Assembly (NCBI GenBank): GCA_046050355.1
Contig: JBJOPW010000001.1
Span: 79,475-143,474 of the forward strand
Source: Candidatus Parcubacteria bacterium
GTDB taxonomy: Bacteria; Patescibacteriota; Minisyncoccia; Phycocordibacterales; UBA918
Direction of reading: 5' to 3'
Length of the DNA stretch: 64,000 nucleotides
Both the position numbers and the translations under genes were made by a program. Positions 31,101 through 43,100 of this stretch are shown here, in pieces. Each line of letters begins with the position of its first letter. Within the stretch, counting starts at the first letter, position 1. The notes beneath the pieces were generated by a model. The model did not search any database. It was not told where the DNA came from and saw nothing but the letters and a program-made list of their open reading frames with translations.

Positions 31101-34100
31101 CGTAATGCGGATATCAGCCCCACCGGTAGTAATTCCAGTGAAGAAATCATCGCCAAGATCGGCCAGATTGAGGTACACTGGGAAGTTTGTCATACTACCC
31201 ATCACCTTCGATCCTTGAATAGTAATCTTCTTGCGTGCTGACCAACTATCGTTGTACCAGCCAGAAGCAGCGCCACGGACGCGTAGATTATTAAACGATG
31301 AACCATTCGTCGAAAGCGTATCGGCATCCTGAACCAGGAGTATGACTTCCCCGTTATTATGGGCAAAGGCACCTGAACCAGTGGTGACAAAATCACCACC
31401 AACCGCAAGCGTTGTCGTTGGCATAGTTACGGTACCGGCCGTGATACGCATATCGCGGGTCGTCGTCGCTGCTCCCGTGAAGGTCCAGCCACCAGCACCG
31501 GTAAACACTAAATCGTAAAAGTTATTGAGGAATGGTGTACCGCTGGTCGTAATTGACCGACCAGCCACACTACTCGTCATGCGTACCTCACCGTTGTTGT
31601 GCGCAAATTGCCCACCAGTGTTGAGGAATGAACCACCAATGGTCGTCGTACCAGTTGGCAAGGTGACGGTACCAGTGGCGATAGTCAAGGTACCGTTAAG
31701 CGCCAATGTACTCGTACTAAATGACCAATTACCACCAACACCGGTGAACGAAAGATTATTAAAGGCTGACGTACCACGTGCAATGACTCCCGTTGAGGTA
31801 CCAATAAATGAGACCGTACCAGACTGTGGTACAAAGGCATTGTTATTTGTCCAATGGCGCAGCACGTTGATATTAAAACCAGAACCAGACGCATTGAGGG
31901 TATCGTCATTACCGATGGTGAGAGACTCACTACCAACGTTGCCTGACAAAGTAATCGTCTTAGCGGTACCATCAATAACGACATTACCAATATTGGTACT
32001 GAGATTTGCAGCTTTTGCGTCACCCCAGAGACTACTACCAGTACCATCAAAGGTCGTTGTGCCGAGTCCACTAAACGTACCGTTGGCACCGAGACTGAGG
32101 TTGCCACCTATGTTCAGTGTCGTTGTCCCGCGAGCCAGAGTACCGTAGTTTACGGTGAGATTGCCATAGGTAATGAGTGGTTTCGTCAGGGTAAAGGTTG
32201 CATTGCCACTACTTTCACCAAAGGTAACATTATAGAACGCTAGTGAACTTGAGGCGTTTTGTGGTGTCTGGGTTGAAGTGGTGGCCGTGAAGATAATGGT
32301 TGATTGTCCCACCGTAAAGGTACTCTGATTATCCCAAACATTACTAATACGGAAGGTACTGGTGGCTGGGGCAAAGGTACCATTATTTTGGAAATTGATA
32401 ACACTGGTATCAGCTCCTGGTGCGTAGGTGGCACCAGAGAGTACTCGCAATCTGGCATCGCTACAGGTTGATTCAGCACAAAGGCTAATGGTACTACCGC
32501 CACTAGCGCTATAGAAAATATCTTCGTTGGCAGCATTGGCGTAGAGGGCCAAATTGGCATTCGTTACCGTCGTACCATCATTAGAACCAATAGTGAGATG
32601 ACGTTTACTCAGTTGCATACCGGTAATGTCACCAGAGCCATCATATACAGTCACCGCTACCGCTTCGTCAGTACCACTCGCATTTTGGATAAACACAGTA
32701 ATCACATCACCTGCCACGGCAGATACGTTTGGAATCGACCAGGTACCCGCCGAAGCGACGGTCGACCACGTCACCACTACCTTACCATTACCGCCACTTG
32801 ATCCGTTGGTAATTGAGGTTACCGCTGCCGCACCTACCCCCACGCCAGCACTATAGTCTGGATCAGCGGTATTAGCAGCCTGTGTACCAGAGCCACTAAT
32901 CGTCGAGGTAGCCGAAACTCCGGTGAGCGCAGTGTACGAGGAACCACCGCCGCCGCCAGCGCCAGGGTTGTGCGTATAAAAATCACTGGCGTTTGCTCCA
33001 CCACCGCCACCATAGTAGCCTGCACCACCACCACCGCCACCGGCCAAGATAGCAGTAGTCGAACCAGAACCGCCTGTGCCGCCACCACCAATACCACCAG
33101 CGCCACCAGCCCCCACACCACCAGCGGTACCAGCACCAAGCCCTCCTTGGTAGGCTGCACCAACGGTCGCATTACTACCACCAATGGCCCCGCCCGCTAC
33201 TTGTGTTCCTCCGCCACCACCACCTGATGCAGCCGTAGTAGAGCCTGTTTCCCCAGTGAGACCACCGCCCGCCCCACCATTACCAAGCACCAACCCATCA
33301 GTAGCTTGTGGTCGCAAAGCAAAGGTAAAGTAACGTCCTACATCAGCACCAAGCGTTGCTTGCGTCATTGTTGGTGCACCGAGTGAACCGGCACTTGAAA
33401 TTGGATTATCTCGATAACACAAGAACACTGAGTTATCAGTACCATTTGCGTTCGCTGCATAAAAATTCGCATCCGCAGCATTAGGGGTATTACACGAACC
33501 ACCACCTGGACCCCAAGTATTATTGTCCATTGACCCACCCACATGGACGACCATAGCGTCAGGCACCGTGCTCGAAAGATTACTACCAGTGAAGACTGTG
33601 TTTGCGACCGTTACCGCGGTATTAGTCCCAAGCACATCATAAGGGTTGCCAGTAATAGCCGCTCCTCGGAACGCCCAGATACGCCCCGTGTATGATTCGG
33701 TAGCAGGACCCGCAAAGGTAGGGTTGGCTGGTGCCGCACCCGTACGGCGGTAATACCATACCGATACTCGTCCTTCACCAGCTGAACCAGCCTGGGTTGA
33801 AAACTCAGTCCAACCAGTACAGTTTGTAGTACAGGTGTGAGCTGTATCAGTGCGTGAATGCAGGACGGCGATGTAGAGATCATTAACCGCTGTAGACGCA
33901 GGAATTGTTGGCGTACAAGCAGCTCCGTTAACGCCACAAGCGGTTCCTGCTCCAACATATTTAATGTTTGTTACTCCACCACCACCGCCACCACCACCAC
34001 CAGCGACGAGAAGTGGGGTTGAAGTACGAAATACTCCTGAGTAGCCGCCACCGCCACCGCCACCGGTAGAAGTCGCTGCCGTGCCACCAGCACCTCCACC

Positions 34101-37100
34101 ACCCACCCGTACTGTCAGATTTTCGGCCGGAATGGTTGTAACGTTACCCTGTACAAACCCGCCACCACCACCGGCACCAGCCCCACCACCATTTGTTGAA
34201 TAACTGGCACCACTACCACCACCAGCACCCCACGATTTGACCGTAACACTAGTAACCCCACTCGGAACAGTGAACGTACTGGTACCAGCCGCAGTGTACA
34301 CCACCTGTTGTGTCGAGGTGCCAGCCGCTACTTGCGCTGTCTTCCCTGATTGCAGTACACCATTAACAGCCACAGCCACAGTACCTGAAGCGAGCGCGGT
34401 GAGTTGATCATAATCAAAGATACTACCAGAGATGGTAAGTCCTTCTGACCATTCCACCGACCAATCTTGCACCGATGGACAATTACCGCTATCACAGAGG
34501 AGTTCGGCGTCGAGCTTAAGTACGTTGTAGATGTTTTTATCAAGTCCTGAAATATTGATTGGCGAATTAGTAAAACCAGCTGCATTACCAGACAAGGCCG
34601 AATCTGGGACCAAGGCAAAAGTACCTGGCGTCGTTTCGTAATAAACACGATACAGCACGTTACTCAGGCCGGGAGTGGTATCAGTAAATCGAACCCGCTC
34701 CCACCGAGGACTGGCACCATCAGCAAAATTGATAGCCGTCGAACGGATTGACGCCGATGTGAAATTTGGATAAATCTGTGCAGCGATGGTCAAAGAACCG
34801 TCAAATGGTTGCGCCGCAATTGATGGGCTACTACTAAAGTTCTCTCGGGCTGTCCACACTGATCCATTCCACCGACTCGTATCATACCGATCTGGGTTTG
34901 ATCCATCATCAAAAGCCAGTGCATGGACAGTACCATCACCACCCCGCACAGTCTGGAAGCGCCAACTATTATTAATAACATCGAGACTAAATTCACCTGA
35001 CGTTGTCCCGGTACCAAACGAATAGGTTTGGTAGCGGGCTGCAACCGTATCAGAATAAGCAATCACTACATCTCCATCCGTCCCTTGTGTCGTCTGGAAA
35101 TCACAGTCAGCAGGCAAGCCGCGGTTATCATTACCGGTAATAGTTAATTCGGTGAAAGTTCCAAAGGCACTGCCCGTCCACGGTACGATACCAATATCAG
35201 TATCAGCATCCATATAGCAGAGCATCATGCGATCGGTTCCCTCATCGCGCTTGAGGCTACCCCAGGTCATAACGTTACCAAGCGCTACGGTATTAGTCGC
35301 CGACCACGTCGAGCCATTCCAGGTCTTCCACGGCATATTAACCGTACCGTTTGGTAAAGCCAAAACCGCCTGGTCTCCCGATTCTTCATACTCAATCACC
35401 ATCCCTTCGTTTGTGTTCGCACTCACATCACCGAAGCGATTGCTATTACCCCAACTTGAGCCATTCCAAACGAGTGCTTCATAATCAGGGGTGCCGGTAT
35501 TGGTATGACGGAATACCGCAATAATTTCGTTTGAGACGGGATCACTCGCCATCTGTACCCACTCGCAGTCATTTGTGTTAGCCAAGACAAGACTTGAGGT
35601 TGCACTCCAGGATGAACCATCCCAGGTTGCATACACGGCATCATTTCCAAGACAGGCCACTGCCATAAGCTTTCCTGAAACTGTTTCATATGCAATGTCA
35701 TAGCGGCGCTTCGTCGATTCGGTAGCTGAATTCACAATTTCAAATATATTGCCCCACGATTCGGTGATCGCGTCATATATCTGAATATTGATATCGAGGT
35801 CGGTTCCAAGAGTACCAAGCGCATACTCAGGCCGTGTGGTCGCTGCCTTGAGTCTGGTCCAGCGGATTTGCGCACTGACTGTATCAGCAGAAATTGGAGC
35901 ACTCCAGGCGGAACCATTCCAGGTTCGATACTGCGGGGCTTGCGCTGTCCCCTCTGCATAGGCGACCATCACGCCGTTAATCACTGACGAGACTTGGGCG
36001 CCACCGAGGGTAGTTTCGATATCAACAGTATCATTGGTGCTAAATTGCTCTCCTGTAGTCTGGTACCAAACGGACACATTGGTCGCAGTATCAACTGTAA
36101 AGCTAAATGGGGTCGAATAATTCGACCAACTATTACTACCACCCGGGTCACGTGCCCGAGTACGCCACCAATAAGTCACGCTGTTGGTAAGTGGTGCCTG
36201 TGTCTGGTATCTGATGGTATTACCCGAATTAAATGGCGACGTATCAGCTGGGGTTGTAACATTCGAAAATCCTGCGTCAACACCAGACATAAATGTGGTT
36301 GGTGCGGCAAAGTCTTGCGTGGTTGAAATTTGAATTTCATACTGCAAATCATCAGCTTGCGGATCAATCGTCGTAAACGTAAAGGCTGGAGTAACCGTTG
36401 CGGTCTTAGCATTATCAAAGAGTGTCAGGTGGGTTGGTGGTTCAATTTTCAAACTCCACGTCACGGTCATGTCTAAGAGTCGCGGTAACGTCGCATTACC
36501 CGAAAAGACTGAGGTGATACGGAGCACATTGTAGGTTGTTGTATCAAGTGCGGCGATCGAAATTGGTGACGATGCAAAACCAGCACTGTTGCCAGGCAGA
36601 TCAGTGTCGGGCACTAACGCAAAATTATTGCTTGATACTTCATACTCAACATAGTGCCTGATAGTACCTGAAGTTACATTCTGATTGAAGCTAATACTGC
36701 CCCAGGCATTGCCAATAGCTCGGTTATCATAGTCAATTTCGGTGGTTGTGGTGGTAGCAGCAGTGAAGCTTGTATTGATACCAACATCGTTAGTTGAAAC
36801 ATTCGCTAGTGCATCATTGAGACTATTAGTATTAAACTGATCACCAGTAGTCTGGAACCACGTCGTAAGTGTCGTCGCACTATTAACCGTAAAGCTTCGT
36901 GGCTCAGACCAGCTTCCATATGTATTGGAGCCAAAGTCATCTTTTGCCCGGACACGCCACCAATAGGTAACCCCATTAGTTAAACCGGTATTAGGTACAA
37001 ATTGAATCGTCTGGCCGGAAGAATACTGACTACGTTCAGATGGTGATGCAATATTAGTGAACTGAGAAAAGTCAGCGTTTGATTCGCGGGTAATAGTTGG

Positions 37101-40100
37101 TGAAGAAAAATCAGCATCATTATCAATGACAACCTCATACGAGACAAGATCACCAAGCTCATCAATCGCGGCAAATTCAAAAGTTGGTGTCGTCGAAGCG
37201 AGTTGCCGATTATCAAACGGTGCGGTCAACGTCGGTTGTAGCGGTGCCGCATTAGTGATCAATCGTGGGTAGGTACTGTAGGTGTTGAGAATGGCTCCAT
37301 CTGCATACACAAGACGGAAACAGTAACTTGTATTGGCTGTGGCTCCATTGTTTTGTAACGTAAAATCCCATTCTGTTTTTTGACCAACCAAGAGCCCATT
37401 CCGATTGAGAATGGTTGGATTATTTTCTTCGTATGTCTCACTAAAATTACTATCAGAAAGTAACGTGCTTGGCAGGACTCGACCGTCACCAATCAACTCT
37501 TCTGCTTGTACAGTATAAAATCCCGTTGCATTTGTCTGGTTGTTATATTCGGTCTTTAACCAGCTCGCTGAGCGCGCTACTGAGGCAATTCTAAACTCGT
37601 CGATCCGGCCTCGGTGATACGTACCACCAGCCGTTGATACAGAACCAAGCGCAAAACCGGTCAACGCTACGTTTGGATTATCTGACGTGGCCGCCGTTGC
37701 GATGGGCGCACCGTCTAAGTAAATACCCATGAAAGTGCCGCCAGTACCGTGTGATACGAGCCCAACGTGTGTCCACTTATTACGATAACTCGTGTAGTTT
37801 GTTGTGAGTCGTCCCGGGGCACTACAACAGGTACCAAAGTCCCAGTATAGTACCGCATCTCCCCATGGTGCATGGGCAGCAAACCGCTCTGCTCCAGCAG
37901 CAGTAAAGCTGAAGAGGTTTGAGTTCTGTGTTTCAGCAGTACTCACATTATTCCAGGCGGTGACGGTCACGGTCGCTGTGTTCCAGCTCCAACCAGTATT
38001 GGTTAAATAGTCGTTAACGCCATCAAAATTCAAACCATTGCCAATTTTTGAACTAGTACTGTTCGTGGCCACCATGCCTGACGACGTTAGATTGCGTCCA
38101 TTACTGGTACTATCAATCATGGCACTGGTCGGATTGGTGCCTAAGTGATACACCGCTTGGTAGCCATTATTCCAGACGTTATTTCGACCATATGTTGCTG
38201 TGGCCGCATACCCACTTGCGCCACTATTGCCATAGTAGATATAAAATCCAGTGTCGGTGGTGGTTGAGAGACTTGGTGCTTTAAAGTGAAGTTCACCAGT
38301 GTCAGCACTAGTATCAATTGCTACAAGCTCATACGGCACTTCGGTGATACCGTCACTCGTGGTAATACGAATATCGTCACCATCACTCTGCACAGTATCA
38401 AAGAAGACGGCTGGCAAATCATCGAGATTTACATACACAGGAAAGTCAGTCACTGCTGATGATGTACCAACGAGCGCATTATCAACTTCAATCTTAATTC
38501 GACGTCCCCAAGCCGCTCCATACCAATCGCTACCAACAATCGAGTTGGCATAGCCACGCCAGAGAGCTGTTGTACTACCGACCGCACCGACATCAGACCA
38601 CCCGGTAGCGATACTACAAGAAGAACCAGGAGCATACTGAAGTTTAAAAGCAGAAGTACTGGTTGCCAGTGGTACATTTGCACCCTGAAGTGATAGCCGT
38701 AGTCGCAGGACATCATTAAGACTCACCGCTTCAGCTGAAGACAAAGCGACATTTTCGTTGACGTCAGTACCGCCGACTGGCCAGGCATCAGTTGGTGTGA
38801 AAAAGCTACCATTCGCATACCAGCGAAAGTTACTTTGCACTAATTTTGGTTTACGTAGCCAGGCGACTGACCAATCATCAAGACTCGCACTTTGTGAGCC
38901 GAATGTAGTTAACGTAGCTTCAAGACAAATCTGACTATAAGTCGAAGTCGAAAGACTGGTGAGGTTGAGAGGCATCGCACTCTGATCAAATCCCGTACTA
39001 TTACCCGGAAGTGCTCCATCAGGGATATAGGTATCACAGGTAGTGGTATTAGTATATTTGAGTTTCACCGTCACATCAGTACCAAAAGGTTCCGTTGAAC
39101 CAAACGACAAATCACCCCAGGTATTTTGATTGGGGACAGACGTAAAGACGATTGGCTGGGTCGTCACGATACCCTGTGTGAAGGTGTAGCGTTTGGCGGC
39201 CATCTCGAATGTTTCGTAAGGGGCGCCAATAATTGAGGAGGGATTCGGAACTATAGATTGTTTGGTAGACCAATTGGTTCCATTCCAATATGTCGACTCA
39301 ATTTCATCACCCGCCACCGCATCATCATGACTAATTGCGACAATGGTGCCATCCCCAGCACGTTCTGTTTGTACCCAAAATACACCAGCCCCAGAGCCGA
39401 CACCAGACACTGTTTGTTGGGCATCCCAGGTTGATGTCGCAAAGGTACGGTAGCGTAGGTTTGTGGTATCAGAGTATGTACCGAGAATATAACCTGACCG
39501 ACCGGCAGTAGTTTCGTATTCACAATCAACCGGTCGACCAGCTTGTGAGTTACCGGTAATAGTAAAGTCGGTAAAAGTACCAGTCCAGACACTACCATCC
39601 CAGCGTATGGCACCAACCCGCGCTGAGTCATTGATGAAACAAAGCGTCATGAGATCAGAGTTAGGATCGGCAGCCAGTGAACCAAATTCAAAATCGTTGA
39701 AGAGTGCCTGCGTACCATTACTACTCCAACCCAAACTAGGACCGAGCCAGGTCACATAGGCAAAGTTGTTGTTAGTACCATTAGTCACGGCTATCACCGC
39801 TTGGTCGCCAGAAGACTCATACTTCACGCCAATACCGGCTCGCAGTTCTTGACCAGCCTGTACTGAACCAAGGACCCGACTACTTATCCAACCAGTACCA
39901 TCCCACACCAGCGCTTCGTAGTTGTTCCCTACCGCCGCGCCACTATCGCGCACGACGAGAATCATTTCATCTGAAGTTGGATCAGACGCAATTTCGACAT
40001 GGTTACAGACATTGACGAGGCTAGTGGTGATACTACTGGTGGCTGACCACGTACTCCCATTCCAGGTGCGGTATACCGGATCTTTAGTGTTACTACAAGA

Positions 40101-43100
40101 CACCACCATCGCGTCACCGGAGACACTTTCATAGCCCACGGCAATACCCTTGCGCGTGACATTCGAAACAGTGCTCGTAATCAGTGTCTGATTACCCCAC
40201 GAACTGCTCGTGGCATTGTACACCTGCGCATACGTCGCATTAGATTGGTCCATCGTCACGAGAATGTATTCATCCCGCTTTACTCCAGCAGCTGTACGGA
40301 CCCAGTTAATAGTACCGCCGACCGCAATCGCCGACTGCTCAATCCCCCAGCTCGTACCATTCCAGAGGCGATACCGTGGGGTGGTGTTGGTACCATCACC
40401 ATAAGCCAACATAATCTCAGAACTCACCGTTGAGTTTACAGTGACATTATTATTCACATCATTGGCCGTCGCGCCAAAGAGCGTATTCGTTTGGAATTGT
40501 CCACTGGTAGTTTGGTACCAGTTTGCAACGGTATCTCCTGCATTAACAGTAAAGCTTTGTGTTGTTGAATAATCACCAAAGCCACCTGAACCAGTAACGT
40601 CTTTCGCGCGGACCCGCCAATAGTATGTCGTTAGGTCTGTGAGTGTGTCACCTGGTTGTAACTGATAGCGGATTTTATTGCCTTCGGTAAATGGCGCAGT
40701 GTCACCACCACTCACGGTGTTTACAAATCCTGCATCGGCACTAGAAACTCGCACGGTAGCAGTCGCAAAGGTTGAGGAGGTAGAAATTGAGAACTCGTAT
40801 TCAATATCAGAAGCTCCGTCCGGGTCACTCGCGGTAAATTCAAAATACGGTGACGTTGAAGCAAACCGGGCATTATCAAATGGAGTTTGTAATGTTGGTG
40901 CTGCCGGGCGGAAATCAAGCGCAGCTTTTTTCCATAGCATGAGGGTAGCTGGAGTAGTAGAGCTTACCTGACCAGCCGTTGCTTCTTGCTGACTTTGCAC
41001 TGACACGATCTGTCCCGCGCCAACCCCCTCAAGCAAGAAGACGAGATTGCCTGACGCATCAGTGTGTCCGTTTTGGTTACGAATGTAGTTTGATTTGGTT
41101 TGGGCACCCGTTGTCGTCGCCCCATTAACTGTTACGGTAATACGATTGTTCGTACGAGCAGTAGCACCAGTCACGGCCACGTTGTACATGAGGAAATAGT
41201 CACCACTTTGACCAACCGTAATCTGATGACTGTTAGTGGTTGATGAATAGGTATAGGTACCGGTATCGTGTGCCAATGGTACATTGAAGCGTGTTGAGGA
41301 AGCGTTTGTGTTATTGAAGTTCATTCCCGTCGTACCGTTGAAGTAGTTACCAGTGACGGCAATCACACCCGCAGTTGGTAACTTTTCAATCACAATCGAA
41401 CCAGCAAAGCCTGGTGTCACAACGACGTTCCCGCCACCGGCTTCTTGTTGTGCTGTTACGGTGAGCACACTATTTGTACTACTGGCAACCACCACCCCGG
41501 ACCAATGAATACTCGAGTCGCCATCACTTTCGGTAGCTGCCGTTTCCATGTACCCCTGCATAAATTGCGCACCTGGCACGGCCATACCATTGATAAGTAC
41601 TCGTCCAGTGACGTTTGTCTGCACTGTATGGTTTACTCCCGTAAGTGGAATATTGACATGGACCATGTAGGTACCAGTAGCGGACAACGTAATATTTTGT
41701 GGCGATACAGTGTTTGAGTGTACAAAGCCGGTGTCTTGTCGAGTCTCAATCCAATCCAATGCGTTGGCCGTGGCAGTGTTGAGACTGGTGGTTGCCGTCG
41801 ATCGAGTGGTTGTGGCCGCAAAGACAATATCGCTACTTGTCATGTACTCAACATACAGTGACGCCAACCCAGATACATTAACGGTGTCGCCGGCATCAAT
41901 AGTATTTAAGTTTTCGACAAACACTTCAATGTAGTCATTCGCATTGACATCAGTAAGGAGAAACGCGACGTTTGATGATGACTCTGATTGTGCACCGGCA
42001 TTTTCGATATAGCCACTACGCCCAAGACCTTCTTGTACCGCCACGCCGTTTTTACGTACCTCAATACCCGAACGAGTGCGACTCGTGTTGGCATCGGTTC
42101 GTTGTACTGGCAAGTTTACTGCGACAAAGTAATCACCACTTTGACGGAGGGTTACTCGCTGTGAGTTTGATGAAGTTGAGTGAGTATAGTAGTAGTTATC
42201 AATTGAACTCGTCGACCACTGCATCGGACTAGGTACACTGTTGAGGTTCGTTCCAGCAACGGTCCGCGTACCCTTAAACCACCCGATGTTGTTAAGCGCA
42301 TCAGACGCAATCTGCCACTGCCTCAGCTCTGAGAAGCTGTCCATAGTGAGTGGCCCAAGGAGATACATATAAGGACTAACATCAGGCGCATCAAAGGTAT
42401 ACGAGAAGGTACGTTCGTCGCCGACATTCATTGTCACGTTTGACCAGGTTATAAGACTATACTGTGGTAGTGCCGTAATCGTCGCCCCCTCGAGACCCTC
42501 GATGATAAAGCCACGTGGTACTCGCTCGGTGATATCACCGGTGTAGGTACGGTTGGCTTTGACCTTAAGCTCTACCTTATATGGTGCGGGTGGGTAGATA
42601 CGGGTAGGTGCCGTACGAGTGATATCAAATGGGATATAGTCACGCACTTCAAAGGAGTCAGTAATCTTGTGTACGACTTCCCCGCTTACGTTTAGATGTT
42701 GTAGCTGAATAGTGTACTTACCCCATTCGCCCGTATCTTTAAAGGTAGCCAGGTAGTCTGGCACATCAGTAACGTTGTTCGCGTTACACGAACCAGATTG
42801 CGACACTGGCACTTCGAAGATTGCTCCCTTTGGATCGATAATCTTCATCTCTAAGTTCGCATCACAAATCGTGTCGCCACTATCAGTCAAGGCAGCGAGA
42901 TTGAGCACTACTTCCTCGTTCGGGAAGTACATGCTCTTCTTGGTGTTTACAGCCAAAAGCCCCCAGTAGAATTCAAAAGTGTCGGTGAACTTTTCACCAT
43001 TTTCAAGTACCTCAACGGTCACTTCGTACTTTCCTGGTGCGAGCGTATACGGCAGTTCTTCAACTTGCATTGACCAGGTGAGGTCATCGTAGTATTTGAT

